Assembly: GCA_026415655.1 (NCBI GenBank) | Contig: JAOAGR010000008.1 | Coordinates: 551-64,550, forward strand | Length of the DNA stretch: 64,000 bases | Origin: Candidatus Dojkabacteria bacterium | GTDB taxonomy: Bacteria; Patescibacteriota; Dojkabacteria; JAOAGR01 | Direction: 5' to 3' | Shown here: one piece after another, positions 19,036-30,037 of the stretch | How positions within the stretch are numbered: position 1 is the first letter of the stretch | How the letters are laid out: every line of letters starts with the position of its first letter | Notes under the pieces: model-generated | Told to the model about the DNA's origin: nothing | The model's input: the letters and a program-made list of their open reading frames with translations, nothing else | The model's database searches: none | Made by a program: the position numbers and the translations under genes

Positions 19036-19797
19036 TTAATTTTCATTATTTTGTCTGAAATTAATCAAATTCCAAAACGAACGATATAAAGACAATTTAT
19101 TTTCAAAATCATATATATTCTTTGCATACAATATAGCACTAAAACACATTTTATTCGTCCTTGGTAAGTCTATACTATCTTTTCCATCAAAATAAACATC
19201 TTCAAGTTTCCAGTCGTACGATCTACCATATTTTCTAAATTTAGAGACATAGAAATATAAATACCTTCCACATGATTTTGAATAAAAACCGCGTTCAATT
19301 ACTTCGAAGTGACAGAATACAGTTCCAACCAGTTTTTTTGAACCACAAATACTAATCTTTTTGTCATCATAAGGATCCAAATTTATCTGCTGTTTGTCCA
19401 AAAATGATGGTATATCATCTAAAATCTGTTTGAGTTTATACAGTTGTTTCTGCGTGGGCTGAGTATGCTCTAGATCACCCTCTATCAATATTGCAATGGA
19501 CTTTTTATCAACATAAAAATTTCCTGAATGAAACTGCGCATGATCTAAATAACGACAAATATATATTTTGTCTGAATCATCCATCGGTATATAAAAATGA
19601 CATGCAAATCCACTATTTTGCATATCAAAAATATGTGTATAATTTAGATCTCGTAAACGAGATTTAACATCTGTATTTTGATAATCATTCGTCCCTGTAT
19701 GATGTATCACTATCAACTCGGGTATTTGATTCTGAAAACCTTTATCAAAAGAAGGAAGAGCATTGATAACAACATCATAAACAAATCTATTTCCCAT
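19036..19797 (-). CDS. N-acetylmuramoyl-L-alanine amidase (Amidase_2/PGRP-like)
   Basis: IVIHHT, HFYI, FHSG, SIAILIEG, PTQKQ, HFEV...KSCG; no signal peptide. Confidence 0.8.
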   Translation of the reverse strand: MGNRFVYDVVINALPSFDKGFQNQIPELIVIHHTGTNDYQNTDVKSRLRDLNYTHIFDMQNSGFACHFYIPMDDSDKIYICRYLDHAQFHSGNFYVDKKSIAILIEGDLEHTQPTQKQLYKLKQILDDIPSFLDKQQINLDPYDDKKISICGSKKLVGTVFCHFEVIERGFYSKSCGRYLYFYVSKFRKYGRSYDWKLEDVYFDGKDSIDLPRTNKMCFSAILYAKNIYDFENKLSLYRSFWNLINFRQNNEN

Positions 19798-19901
19798 TCT
19801 ATTTGAAATTATATAATGAGAATAAACAATTTACCAAAGGGGATCAAAAAAGATGTAATGACCTATTTCCAAAATTGAGATAAATCTGATATTATTAGCG
19901 C

Positions 19902-20228
19902 ATGGCAAATCTAGCTATCATAAAACTAGCGGGATCGCAACATCTTGTGTATCCGGGCGATATTCTAAAAGTCAACAAATTAGAGATAGATGAAGGTACA
20001 GAATTTCAACCAGAAATTATATTGTCTACCGATAACGGTAATATATCTCTCAATTCTGGTAATGTTGTTGCACAAGTGATAAAACATACAAAAGATAAAA
20101 AAATGTATATAGTAAAATTTAGAGCGAAATCACGATATCGAAGAAAGAAAGGACACAGACAACATGTGAGTATTGTGAAAATTTTGTCAATAAATAATGA
20201 AACTTCTGAAAATAATCAACAAAAATAA
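19902..20228 (+). CDS. rplU: 50S ribosomal protein L21
   Basis: AIIKLAGSQHLV, KFRAKSRYRRKKGHRQ. Confidence 0.96.
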   Translation: MANLAIIKLAGSQHLVYPGDILKVNKLEIDEGTEFQPEIILSTDNGNISLNSGNVVAQVIKHTKDKKMYIVKFRAKSRYRRKKGHRQHVSIVKILSINNETSENNQQK

Positions 20229-20261
20229 AGCAAAAATTAATTTTATTAATTAAAAACAGCT

Positions 20262-20528
20262 ATGGCACATAAAGTTTCAGCAGCATCATCAGCACGACAA
20301 AAGGGTAATGTAATAGGTAAAAGAAGGGGAGTGAAAGTATCAGAGGGTGAATTTGTTAATGCAGGCTCAATATTAGTCAGACAACTCGGTACAAAATACT
20401 TACCCGGAGTAGGAACAGCATTAGGTAGAGATTTTACAATATTTGCAATGGTCTCAGGAAAAGTCCATTTTACGAAAGGTACTAAAAAAAAGAGAGGTAG
20501 AACTGTTGTAAATGTAATATCACAATAG
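20262..20528 (+). CDS. rpmA: 50S ribosomal protein L27
   Basis: MAHK, KRRGVK, AGSILVRQLGT, GRDFTIFA. Confidence 0.96.
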   Translation: MAHKVSAASSARQKGNVIGKRRGVKVSEGEFVNAGSILVRQLGTKYLPGVGTALGRDFTIFAMVSGKVHFTKGTKKKRGRTVVNVISQ

Positions 20529-20768
20529 AAACTATATCGTTTTTGATTAGCATGTAATTTATTGCTAATACTCTTCATCGTAAATCAAAATTTTGTTTTT
20601 ATCAATCGTTTTAAATATACTAAATAATAAATTTGGTTATTTTTTATATACATAAGGGAAAATTACCTCATGATATAAAAATTAATTCAGGAAGAACGGA
20701 ATAAGAAACTACAATCATCTTCGTACTTAAAATAAAAAGTACATAAATTAATAAGAACATTCTTATTT

Positions 20769-22202
20769 TTAAATTGATTGTTGATCTATTTTTTGCTTGA
20801 CGATATCTAATAATATTTCTCTCTGATTTTTACTAGGATCTTCAACCACAATTTCGTAAAGATAACCTAACATTTCACCAATAGACTTACCTTTGAGTCC
20901 AAGTTCTTTTAGATCATCACCATTAACTTTTAAATCTTTTAATTTAAACAAAGCATCTTGTTCTTTCAATTCCGCCACACGTTTAGATAAACGTATGACA
21001 TCCTCTGGATTAAAACTTCTATGTGGATTAGCCAATGCATCGGATATTCGAAGTTTTATAAGATCATCAAAATTTTCATATCCACCAACCTTATTAACAA
21101 AACGACGAATAGCAGCATCAGACCAACCACGCATAAATGATTCATTCCGTTTTGTTTTTTCATCTTTTACATCTCCATCCGTAGGTATATAAAACATATG
21201 CCAACGCACCAAATTAGTAATTTTTTCTATTTGATTTTTAGGAAATTTCAATCGGGTAAGTATAGATTTCGTCATCTCAGCGCCAACTTTATCATGACCA
21301 TAAAAATGTTCACCATCTTTTGTTCTAGGTTTTCCAATATCATGAAAAAGCGCCGCAAACCTTATCTCTATCGGAGCAATATCTAAAGTACGCAAGTAAT
21401 GATCATATATATTATCTACATGATATCTATTATGTTTCATTCCATATCCTTCTAAAAGCTCTGGTATGAAAATCTGTAAAATACCTGTCTCACGTAACAA
21501 TTCAATTCCATAAGATGGTTTAGGACTTTCCTCAATAAGTTTTATGAATTCATCTCGAACCCTCTCGATACTTAAATTTTTTACTAATTCCACATTTCTA
21601 AGTATTGATTCAAACGTATTTTTCTCTATCTTAAAAGACAGACACGAGGCAAGCCTACAAGCTCTAAGCATCCTCAATGCATCCTCCTGAAACCTTTCAT
21701 CTGGATTTCCTACAGCTTTAATAAGTTTATTTTTTAAATCATTTTCTCCATCAAATAAATCAATAAGATAGTCAAAAAATAACTCTTGTGTTAATGCATC
21801 ATATTGAGAGATATCAATAAGTCTTATAGCAAAAGCATTAATTGTGAAATCTCTTCTTTTCAAATCCTCATCTAAACTCCTTGTAAACTCCACATGTGAT
21901 GGCCATCTGCTAGCGATATATTCTTTTTCTGATCTAAATGTTGTTATCTGGACCTCATCTAATCCATCATTTGGATCCAATAAAACAGTAACTGTACCAA
22001 ATTTGATTCCTGTCGGTACTGAAGTAGGAAATATATTCATAACTTCTTCAGGTGTCGCAGATGTGGTTATGTCATAATCTTTTGGCTCCTTACCAAGCAA
22101 AATATCACGTACCGAACCTCCGACCAAATAAGCCTCAAAATCATTTTTTTCTAATCTTTCTGCAACATGAAATATTGATTTTGGTAAATTTATTAACTTC
22201 AT
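20769..22202 (-). CDS. cca: Class II tRNA nucleotidyltransferase with HD domain
   Basis: LVGGSVRD, KDYDI, DLKRRDFTINA, EDALRMLR, FHDIGKP. Confidence 0.92.
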   Translation of the reverse strand: MKLINLPKSIFHVAERLEKNDFEAYLVGGSVRDILLGKEPKDYDITTSATPEEVMNIFPTSVPTGIKFGTVTVLLDPNDGLDEVQITTFRSEKEYIASRWPSHVEFTRSLDEDLKRRDFTINAFAIRLIDISQYDALTQELFFDYLIDLFDGENDLKNKLIKAVGNPDERFQEDALRMLRACRLASCLSFKIEKNTFESILRNVELVKNLSIERVRDEFIKLIEESPKPSYGIELLRETGILQIFIPELLEGYGMKHNRYHVDNIYDHYLRTLDIAPIEIRFAALFHDIGKPRTKDGEHFYGHDKVGAEMTKSILTRLKFPKNQIEKITNLVRWHMFYIPTDGDVKDEKTKRNESFMRGWSDAAIRRFVNKVGGYENFDDLIKLRISDALANPHRSFNPEDVIRLSKRVAELKEQDALFKLKDLKVNGDDLKELGLKGKSIGEMLGYLYEIVVEDPSKNQREILLDIVKQKIDQQSI

Positions 22203-23209
22203 TATAAGTATCTTAAAATATTATAAGAATCAATATATCTTTGTCTAGAATTAAGTAAGATGACAATATATGTTTTTTTATTATAAGATTGATATAGAAG
22301 AAACAGATTCTCTCCAGCCATAGGGGTGGTACCTGTCTTTCCGCCAATCACGCCAGAATAATTATTTGTCAAAAGATTATTTGTATTATACAGATCATAT
22401 TTAACACCACTTGTATCATCTATAATAAATGAATATCTTATCCCTATAACATCACGAATAACCGGATCTCTCAAACATAATTTTACTATTTTTAACAAAT
22501 CAGAGGCACTGGAATAATGATTTCCACCATCATCATAGCCAGCAGGATTGGTAAAATTTGTTTGCTTTAGTTTTAGTAAATTTTTATATTTTTCGAATTG
22601 TTCAATAAAATTCAATTTATCAAAAAACGCAAAAGCCACTTGATTATTGCTAGAAATCAATAACGCCTTGATACCATCGTAAGTGGAAATCAAACTGCCT
22701 TCGGAAAAATTAAGAGCACTACCAGAATAATATGTGTGTTCTTTTTTTATCTCGACAAAGTCATCTAACTCATAGTTATCTACTATCATTTTTGCTGTAA
22801 GTAATTTAGTTAAACTAGCAACATAAGTTGGAACATCCGGATTTTTAGAAAAGATTATAGAATCAAGATCATAATCGTACACAATAACAGATTTTGCATC
22901 GATATTAGGGATAAATATCTCATTTATATTTTCTCTTCTTTGATAAGTATAAACGTATTCATAACTTTTTACATGAACTCTTTGTAAAAATTTATTTACC
23001 TTTTCCTTATTAGATTGAAAAGAGTAATTATTAATTAATACAAAACTAAATACAAAAATAACAATATACACGATTAAAAATAACAATATGGATTTTTTGA
23101 AAAGTAATAGATAAGAAAAATTTTGATCATTTTCCAGAAGAGAATTATTTATAGAGTTTTTATCTATTTTTTGTACATCAAATAAAGTTTTATCATTAAT
23201 ATTATGCAT
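22202..23209 (-). CDS. D-alanyl-D-alanine carboxypeptidase (peptidase S11)
   Basis: ASLTK (SxxK), SSNN (SxN), FTNPAG, GKTGTT; N-terminal TM. Confidence 0.9.
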   Translation of the reverse strand: MHNINDKTLFDVQKIDKNSINNSLLENDQNFSYLLLFKKSILLFLIVYIVIFVFSFVLINNYSFQSNKEKVNKFLQRVHVKSYEYVYTYQRRENINEIFIPNIDAKSVIVYDYDLDSIIFSKNPDVPTYVASLTKLLTAKMIVDNYELDDFVEIKKEHTYYSGSALNFSEGSLISTYDGIKALLISSNNQVAFAFFDKLNFIEQFEKYKNLLKLKQTNFTNPAGYDDGGNHYSSASDLLKIVKLCLRDPVIRDVIGIRYSFIIDDTSGVKYDLYNTNNLLTNNYSGVIGGKTGTTPMAGENLFLLYQSYNKKTYIVILLNSRQRYIDSYNILRYL

Positions 23210-23251
23210 CCAGATTTGTTATAATTTAGATTGTTAATTTTACAAAATTTT

Positions 23252-24235
23252 ATGAAAATAAGTGTAACAGGAATAAAGCCAACAGGTAATTTGCATCTGG
23301 GGCACTACTCAGGTGTAATCTCTCAAATACGCGATCTATCAAGAGAAACTAAGCTATTTGCATTTGTAGCCGATTTGCATGCAATGACAGTACCTTGGGA
23401 GCCTCAGTCACTAAAGTCCAACAGAGAAGAGATAGTCAAAATGATATTGGCAAGTGATATTAATCTAGACAATACAATATTATTTTTGCAATCAGATAAT
23501 CCTGATCATACTTATCTTTCTTGGATTTTTGAAGGTATTACGGCATTTGGAAGATTAAAAACAATGATTGAATTTAAGGAGTTATCTCAAAGATACAAAG
23601 GATTTTCTGTAGGAATTTTTACATATCCGGTACTCATGGCAGCTGACATTTTACTTTACAATGCTGATTATGTTCCTGTAGGAGAAGATCAAAGACAACA
23701 TGTAGAACTTACAGCAGATATCGCAAGAAAATTTAATCAGCTATTTGGTGAAACATTTACTATACCTCAGGCAATAATTAGGACTTATGGAAGACGAATA
23801 AAGTCCCTGCAAGATCCAACACGCAAAATGAGTAAAAGTATTAAAGACCCCTTAGGTACGATCAATCTTTCTGATGATCCAGATGAAGGTGCTAGAAAAA
23901 TACTCAAAGCAGTCACAGATTCTGAAAACGAAATAAGATATGATGAAGAAAAAAAACCCGGCATATCAAACTTAATCGAGATTTATTCTATTTTAACCAA
24001 TATAGAAATAGATGAGATAGTTAATAAATATAATGGTAGTTCATATAAAGCATTAAAAGAAGACTTAGCATCTATAGTAAAAGACTTTCTGTCAAAATTA
24101 CAGACAAACTACAAGAGAATAGAATCTGACATGCCATACCTTAGAAAGATAATTAAGGAGGGAGCAAATAAAGCAATGGAATACTCATCTCCTGTCATAA
24201 AAGATGTGAAAAGAAAAGTAGGATTATATATTTAA
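23252..24235 (+). CDS. trpS: Tryptophan--tRNA ligase
   Basis: TGIKPTGNLHLGH, YPVLMAADIL, VPVGEDQRQH, KMSKS; start set at ATG 23252. Confidence 0.97.
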   Translation: MKISVTGIKPTGNLHLGHYSGVISQIRDLSRETKLFAFVADLHAMTVPWEPQSLKSNREEIVKMILASDINLDNTILFLQSDNPDHTYLSWIFEGITAFGRLKTMIEFKELSQRYKGFSVGIFTYPVLMAADILLYNADYVPVGEDQRQHVELTADIARKFNQLFGETFTIPQAIIRTYGRRIKSLQDPTRKMSKSIKDPLGTINLSDDPDEGARKILKAVTDSENEIRYDEEKKPGISNLIEIYSILTNIEIDEIVNKYNGSSYKALKEDLASIVKDFLSKLQTNYKRIESDMPYLRKIIKEGANKAMEYSSPVIKDVKRKVGLYI

Positions 24236-24237
24236 TC

Positions 24238-25437
24238 GTGTTCAAACTACTTTATAAAGAAGGAAACAAAAGATTAGGAATTTTAAAGACTAAATCTGGA
24301 TTCATTATTACCCCTGCATTTGGTCCTGACGCCACAAGAGGAAATATCAAATTCTTGTCTTACATTGAATTCTCTGAATTGTCAGAAACTACGTCATTAA
24401 AACTCCAAACCAATGTGGTGTCAGAAAATTCATCGATAGACTTGGCAAAAGATCTTTTTTTAAATGATGAAATCCAATTTATATTGACAAACACATATCA
24501 CATGACATCTTATCCCGGTGCTGAATTTATACAAGAAATGGGGGGAATACATAAGTTTATGAAATGGAATCGACCGATTCTGACAGACAGTGGTGGATTT
24601 CAAGTTTTTAGTCTTATACATGCATCACAAAAGCTAAAAGGCAAAGTAACAGATGACGGTGCTTTTTTTACAGATCCAACATCAGGAACAAAGGTAACAC
24701 TAACTCCTGAAAGTGCAATAGAGATCCAATTTAAACTGGACTCTGATATAATGGTCGTTCTAGATGACTGCAGACATTACCAGGATCATAAAGAATTAAA
24801 AAAATCAGTTTATAGAACAATAGAATGGGCAAAAAGATGTAAAAAAAGATTTGACGAATTAGTCAGTCAAAACATACAAAACAATCCTTCTTACAAAAGA
24901 CCATTACTTTTTGCTGTGATCCAAGGAGGAACAAATTATGAACTGAGAAAATATTGTGTGGAAAAATTATTGGAAATAGACTTTGATGGATATGGTTTTG
25001 GTGGCTGGGCTATAAATGAAAAGGAATATTTCCCATATGATTTACTCGAATATGTAGCCAAACTACTCCCAGAAAACAAACCACGTTATGCGATGGGAGT
25101 GGGCTCACCAGAAAATATCATAAAGTGTATTGAATATGGTTATGACTTATTTGATTGTGTAATCCCATCTAGAAATGGACGACATGGACTTGCATACACG
25201 ACACAAGGTCAAATCAAGATTAATCAGTCTAAATATAAAAGAGATAAATCTCCACTAGATCCAAACCTTAAATCTCAGATAAATCAGATCCCAAGATACT
25301 ACATTCACCATTTATTTAAAACAAATGACCCTGCTGGAGGAAGGATTTTAACCATACAAAATCTTAAGTACTATAATTATCTTATTAGAACTCAATTCAC
25401 GAACTTATCTTCTTTAGACGAGCAAACTTTTGAATAA
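24238..25437 (+). CDS. tgt: tRNA-guanine transglycosylase
   Basis: NTYH, LTDSGGFQVFSL, LDDC, IQGG, PRYAMGVG, DLFDCVIPSRNGRHG. Confidence 0.93.
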   Translation: MFKLLYKEGNKRLGILKTKSGFIITPAFGPDATRGNIKFLSYIEFSELSETTSLKLQTNVVSENSSIDLAKDLFLNDEIQFILTNTYHMTSYPGAEFIQEMGGIHKFMKWNRPILTDSGGFQVFSLIHASQKLKGKVTDDGAFFTDPTSGTKVTLTPESAIEIQFKLDSDIMVVLDDCRHYQDHKELKKSVYRTIEWAKRCKKRFDELVSQNIQNNPSYKRPLLFAVIQGGTNYELRKYCVEKLLEIDFDGYGFGGWAINEKEYFPYDLLEYVAKLLPENKPRYAMGVGSPENIIKCIEYGYDLFDCVIPSRNGRHGLAYTTQGQIKINQSKYKRDKSPLDPNLKSQINQIPRYYIHHLFKTNDPAGGRILTIQNLKYYNYLIRTQFTNLSSLDEQTFE

Positions 25438-27712
25438 GCTTCTTTTTTCCTGATATATCAAAATCAATAACAATCATATCCTCATAGAGGTCATCAACTT
25501 TTCCATAGCCAAAAACTTTATGAAATACCCTATCACCAATATCAATATAGTCATCAGTACCTATAGCCTCTATTTCCTCAGTAAAATTATTGATTGAAAT
25601 ATTATTCAAATAAAAAAAATTCGTTATTTTATTTAACAAATGTTCAGGGATATCCTCTAAAAATCTTGAAACTCTATTTGATTGAGTTGAATTGTAATAA
25701 TTTCTATTTAAAGCATATGTCATGTAAAGATTTTTTTTAGCTCGTGTTATCGCCACATAAGCCAATCTTCTTTCTTCCTCGATTTCTTTTAGATCAATAA
25801 GAGTGCGTGAATGGGGGAAAATACCTTCCTCCATACCAACAATAAATACTGTCTCAAACTCCAAACCTTTCGATGCATGGATAGTCATAAGCGTGACTAC
25901 ATTATCATTATTTTCTTTTCTTTCCTGTATATTTTCGAGCAAAGATACATCCTCTAAAAGCTTATGTAATGCTGTGTACGTATCTAAGTTGTCATATTTG
26001 GATGCGACATTGGCAAGTTCAGACAGATTTTCTATTCTTGATTCATAATCATGGAAACTATCTTTTAGAGCTTCCTTATAATTTATCAAATCTATCAAAT
26101 AATTTATAAAATCCGAAAGAGAATATAAAAATAAAGCCTTGTATAATCTATAAATCACTTCACCAAAATTAACAATTGATTTCGATTGTATTGTTTTATA
26201 GTTTTGATATTTTGATCTTAAGTTTTCAATAAACGTAATAAAATTTGGATGATCCGAATCAAGATTTATAATCTCATCTATCGCAAAATCTTCTTGCGTT
26301 TTAATATCATTTTGAATTCCACTTATTCCAAAAACATCATCTATGTCATCATAGGTCACGTTTTTGTATCTATCTAAAAAATAAGATATCAGTAAAGTAT
26401 CAACAGGGGAAATATTTTGTTCTTTTGAAAAATCCAAAATATCTGTTATTGTCTTTGGACCAATCCCACGAGTAGGGAAGTTTATGATACGATTTAAAGA
26501 TAATACATCCTTTTTATTAACTAATATTCTCAAGTAAGCAATTATGTCCTTAATTTCTTTCCTTTCATAAAATCTCTGTCCACCCACAATCTTATAAGGA
26601 AGCCTTGACTTTAAAAAACTCTCTTCTAGATATCGACTCTGTGAATTAGCTCTAAATAACACAGCCACATCTTTTAGGTTATTAACAAATTTATTTTTTA
26701 TCTCTCTGACAACAAAATTTGCTTCATCTTGTTCATTTTGAGCTTCATATACATTTATGAGCGGACCATTTTTATTTACTGACCAAAGAGATTTATCTCT
26801 TCTTGCCGTATTTTTTGATATCACATGATTAGCAGCATCTAGTATAATCTGTGTAGATCTATAATTTTGTTCTAGCTTTACAACTTTGGCCTCCGGAAAA
26901 TCTTTCTCAAAATTAAGAATATTAGTAATGTCAGCTCCACGCCAGGCATATATTGATTGATCATCATCACCAACCACAGTCAAATTTCTCTTTTGTGAAG
27001 ATAATAATTTTATAAGTTCATACTGTATTTTATTAGTATCCTGATATTCGTCTACTAAAATCAAATCAAATTTATCTATATATTTTTCTAAAACAGTCTG
27101 ATTAGACTTAAACAACAATACAACCTTCAATAAAAGATCATCAAAATCAACACCGTTTCTTTCTTCTAATAAATTTTGGTAAACAGAATAGATTTTTGCG
27201 ACCACTTCAGTGAAATAGTCATTTACAAAATTCGTATATTTCTCTGGTGTTAAAAAGTCATTTTTTGCTGAAGCAATAGCCCATTGTATGGCACCAGGAC
27301 TTACTTCTTTTGGATCTAAATTAGCTATTTTTAAAGCTTCTTTGATTAAATCTTTTTGATCATCCGTATCATAAATAGTAAAACTAGGCTCTATGCCTAT
27401 ATATTTTCCATCAATTCTCAAAATCTTCACACAAATACTATGAAATGTCCCTAAAAAAGGAAAGTCAACGTCTTTCTTTACAATCTTTCTAATTCTATCC
27501 TTCATTTCAGTGGCTGCTTTGTTTGTAAATGTAACACCAAGAATCCTATTCGAACTCATTCCATTAGCATAAAAAAATCCCATACGATGAGTTAGCACTT
27601 TTGTCTTACCAGATCCAGCACCAGCTAATATGAGTAATGGCGAATTCTCATGGAGTACTGCCTGAGTTTGCGCCTCGTTTAGATCTTTGAGTAAATCATC
27701 ATGTACAGCCAC
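25397..27712 (-). CDS. pcrA: ATP-dependent DNA helicase PcrA/UvrD
   Basis: AGAGSGKT, VDEYQDTN, VGDDDQSIY, LEQNYRS, TIHASKGLEF, EERRLAYVAITRA, C-terminal Tudor-like tail. Confidence 0.96.
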   Translation of the reverse strand: MAVHDDLLKDLNEAQTQAVLHENSPLLILAGAGSGKTKVLTHRMGFFYANGMSSNRILGVTFTNKAATEMKDRIRKIVKKDVDFPFLGTFHSICVKILRIDGKYIGIEPSFTIYDTDDQKDLIKEALKIANLDPKEVSPGAIQWAIASAKNDFLTPEKYTNFVNDYFTEVVAKIYSVYQNLLEERNGVDFDDLLLKVVLLFKSNQTVLEKYIDKFDLILVDEYQDTNKIQYELIKLLSSQKRNLTVVGDDDQSIYAWRGADITNILNFEKDFPEAKVVKLEQNYRSTQIILDAANHVISKNTARRDKSLWSVNKNGPLINVYEAQNEQDEANFVVREIKNKFVNNLKDVAVLFRANSQSRYLEESFLKSRLPYKIVGGQRFYERKEIKDIIAYLRILVNKKDVLSLNRIINFPTRGIGPKTITDILDFSKEQNISPVDTLLISYFLDRYKNVTYDDIDDVFGISGIQNDIKTQEDFAIDEIINLDSDHPNFITFIENLRSKYQNYKTIQSKSIVNFGEVIYRLYKALFLYSLSDFINYLIDLINYKEALKDSFHDYESRIENLSELANVASKYDNLDTYTALHKLLEDVSLLENIQERKENNDNVVTLMTIHASKGLEFETVFIVGMEEGIFPHSRTLIDLKEIEEERRLAYVAITRAKKNLYMTYALNRNYYNSTQSNRVSRFLEDIPEHLLNKITNFFYLNNISINNFTEEIEAIGTDDYIDIGDRVFHKVFGYGKVDDLYEDMIVIDFDISGKKKLIQKFARLKKISS

Positions 27713-27829
27713 AGGTCAATTATAAAAAATTAAAGCACATTTACCATTAACTTATATAAGATTAATATGTTTATACACAATTATCTTTGCAAGAATTACA
27801 CTTATATTGATATTATCTTGTTAATACCG

Positions 27830-28897
27830 ATGGAAGAGATAAATATAAAATTAAATAGGATTTTAGAAAAAATAAATTTAAATCAATTAGAATCTGAGCT
27901 AAATGAAATGAACAACCAACTATCTGATAGTACAATCTGGAATAATCCCGAAAAGTCTAAGACACTTTTACAAAAACAATCTCAAATCAAAAAGCGAATA
28001 GAACAAATCAGATCAGTACAAAAAGAAATAGATACATTAAATACATTTTACGAAGAATACTCAACACTTGATATAGAACTACAAAAAGAATTAGATACAG
28101 AAAAAGAAAAAATAAAGCAAAAAGTTTATGAGTTAGAGATACAAATTTTCTTGAACGGTAAATATGATGAGGGTAACGCCATAGTTTCTATTCATGCTGG
28201 TCAGGGTGGTACTGAGGCTTGTGATTGGACTGAGATGCTATTTCGTATGTATAGTATGTATTGCAAAAAGAAAGGATGGGAGATAGAAGTCATAGACATG
28301 ATTCAAGGAAACGAAGCTGGAATCTCTAAAATTGTTTTTGAAGTCAAAGGATATTTAGCTTATGGATATCTTAAAAAAGAATCAGGAGTACATAGGTTAG
28401 TTCGTATCTCACCATTCAATGCCCAAGGACTTAGACAGACATCATTTGCTGGGGTAGAAGTACTACCGGTGATTGAGAATGATATTGATATAGAAATCAA
28501 ACCGGAAGACATAGTAATGACAACAGCACGCTCAGGTGGTGCAGGCGGCCAAAACGTAAATAAAGTTAACACAAAAGTTATTCTTTTACATCTACCAACT
28601 GGTATACAAGTTCAATGCTCTAGTGAACGATCACAGGTTCAAAATAAAGAGCAAGCAATGAAACTCCTAAAAGCAAAACTGTTTCAGATAGAACAGGAAA
28701 AGCTAGAAAGGGAAAAAGCGCAGTTAAAAGGAGAACACAAGATATTTGGATGGGGCAATCAAATACGTAACTATGTACTTCATCCATATAAACTAGTGAA
28801 AGATCTACGTACAAATGTAGAAACAGATCAAGCAGAGGATGTATTAAATGGTGAAATTGATATATTCATAAATGCTGAGATAACGCATTTAGATTAA
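27830..28897 (+). CDS. prfB: Peptide chain release factor 2, no internal frameshift
   Basis: SPF motif (RISPFN), [14 protein letters not shown]; start set at ATG 27830. Confidence 0.96.
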   Translation: MEEINIKLNRILEKINLNQLESELNEMNNQLSDSTIWNNPEKSKTLLQKQSQIKKRIEQIRSVQKEIDTLNTFYEEYSTLDIELQKELDTEKEKIKQKVYELEIQIFLNGKYDEGNAIVSIHAGQGGTEACDWTEMLFRMYSMYCKKKGWEIEVIDMIQGNEAGISKIVFEVKGYLAYGYLKKESGVHRLVRISPFNAQGLRQTSFAGVEVLPVIENDIDIEIKPEDIVMTTARSGGAGGQNVNKVNTKVILLHLPTGIQVQCSSERSQVQNKEQAMKLLKAKLFQIEQEKLEREKAQLKGEHKIFGWGNQIRNYVLHPYKLVKDLRTNVETDQAEDVLNGEIDIFINAEITHLD

Positions 28898-29181
28898 AAT
28901 TGATAACGAATTTAGAAAATATTCGAATACACAACTTCTATTAATAATTCACTTTTACCTATATAAAAAACGTCTCATATAATGTCACTTTAGATTATTT
29001 CCCAATTATTCAAAATTTGCAGTATTATAAATAAACTCTGTCCATATAAAAATAGATAAAATTTTTGAGATAATTTTCTTTCACGACAATGAAAACATGA
29101 TTTATTATAAAACTAGGAAATAATAGAAATTATATACGTAAAATCTAAGATAAAACTACACAATAGATCAGTATTCAAAAT

Positions 29182-29955
29182 TTAATTTATGCTTGACAAC
29201 ACCGCGGAAATATCATCAAACATTGTACCGGTTAAAGATTTCATCTTGCTTTGTTCAGGTAAAGAAACTTCAATATATAATCTATTTTTTTGATTTAACG
29301 GTATTATCGCTCCACCATTAATCAGAATTTTATTTATATATCCCTGCTCATTCTTACACAATGTCAAATCGTAATTTTTTCTCAATATTTCAATACCTTT
29401 TTCATAAGTAGATCTATTACAAAAACCGTAACCCGAAGGAGCAGGATTCCCATTTTGATCCAAAGAAGACACTATGCTAATTTTATAATTATCAGTTTTT
29501 GAAGCTAACTCTATATAATAACAGGTACTTTCACCACAGGATTGAATTTCTTTCTTAGTGACATCAAATTTTTTATCTGAATAATTTAATGATAAAACAG
29601 GAGTTTCTAATTTTTTAATATTATCATTCACATCATTCACATTTGATTGTGTAGGACTTGGTCTAAATGTTGGCGTAGGGGTATTAGTCACATCATTTTC
29701 TTGATTAGAATCAGTTTCTATATTTTCTAATCCATCATTTTCACTGTCCTTATTACTTTGATTAATATTATCAATTCCCGATTTATTCGATGATAAATTT
29801 GCCTCACTGCTTGAATTGGTAAAATCAGAATTATTAGTAGAACTACTATTTGATCCTCTTGTGATTACGAGATAAACAGCAACAATCGAAATGACGAAAA
29901 CAAAGATTAGTATACTTGCAGTAATTAATACTAGGCGAATATCTATATTTTTCAT
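29182..29955 (-). CDS. Hypothetical membrane-anchored surface protein
   Basis: N-terminal TM, Ser/Asn-rich linker, TPTPT, C-terminal domain with 4 Cys. Confidence 0.75.
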   Translation of the reverse strand: MKNIDIRLVLITASILIFVFVISIVAVYLVITRGSNSSSTNNSDFTNSSSEANLSSNKSGIDNINQSNKDSENDGLENIETDSNQENDVTNTPTPTFRPSPTQSNVNDVNDNIKKLETPVLSLNYSDKKFDVTKKEIQSCGESTCYYIELASKTDNYKISIVSSLDQNGNPAPSGYGFCNRSTYEKGIEILRKNYDLTLCKNEQGYINKILINGGAIIPLNQKNRLYIEVSLPEQSKMKSLTGTMFDDISAVLSSIN

Positions 29956-30037
29956 ATAAAATAAATTTTATAATATTTTAAAATTAATGACAAATTTTAC
30001 AAAATAGCAAGAATTCTTATATAATCGTTGCAAGATA

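Noticed and set aside
28898-29181. Longer intergenic gaps (also 20529-20768, 33129-33394, 39802-40052, 56359-56680, 62676-62900) as ncRNA candidates
   Set aside because: Very AT-rich, no stable stems, no tmRNA/RNase P/SRP/6S motifs seen; an Infernal scan would be needed to exclude them fully
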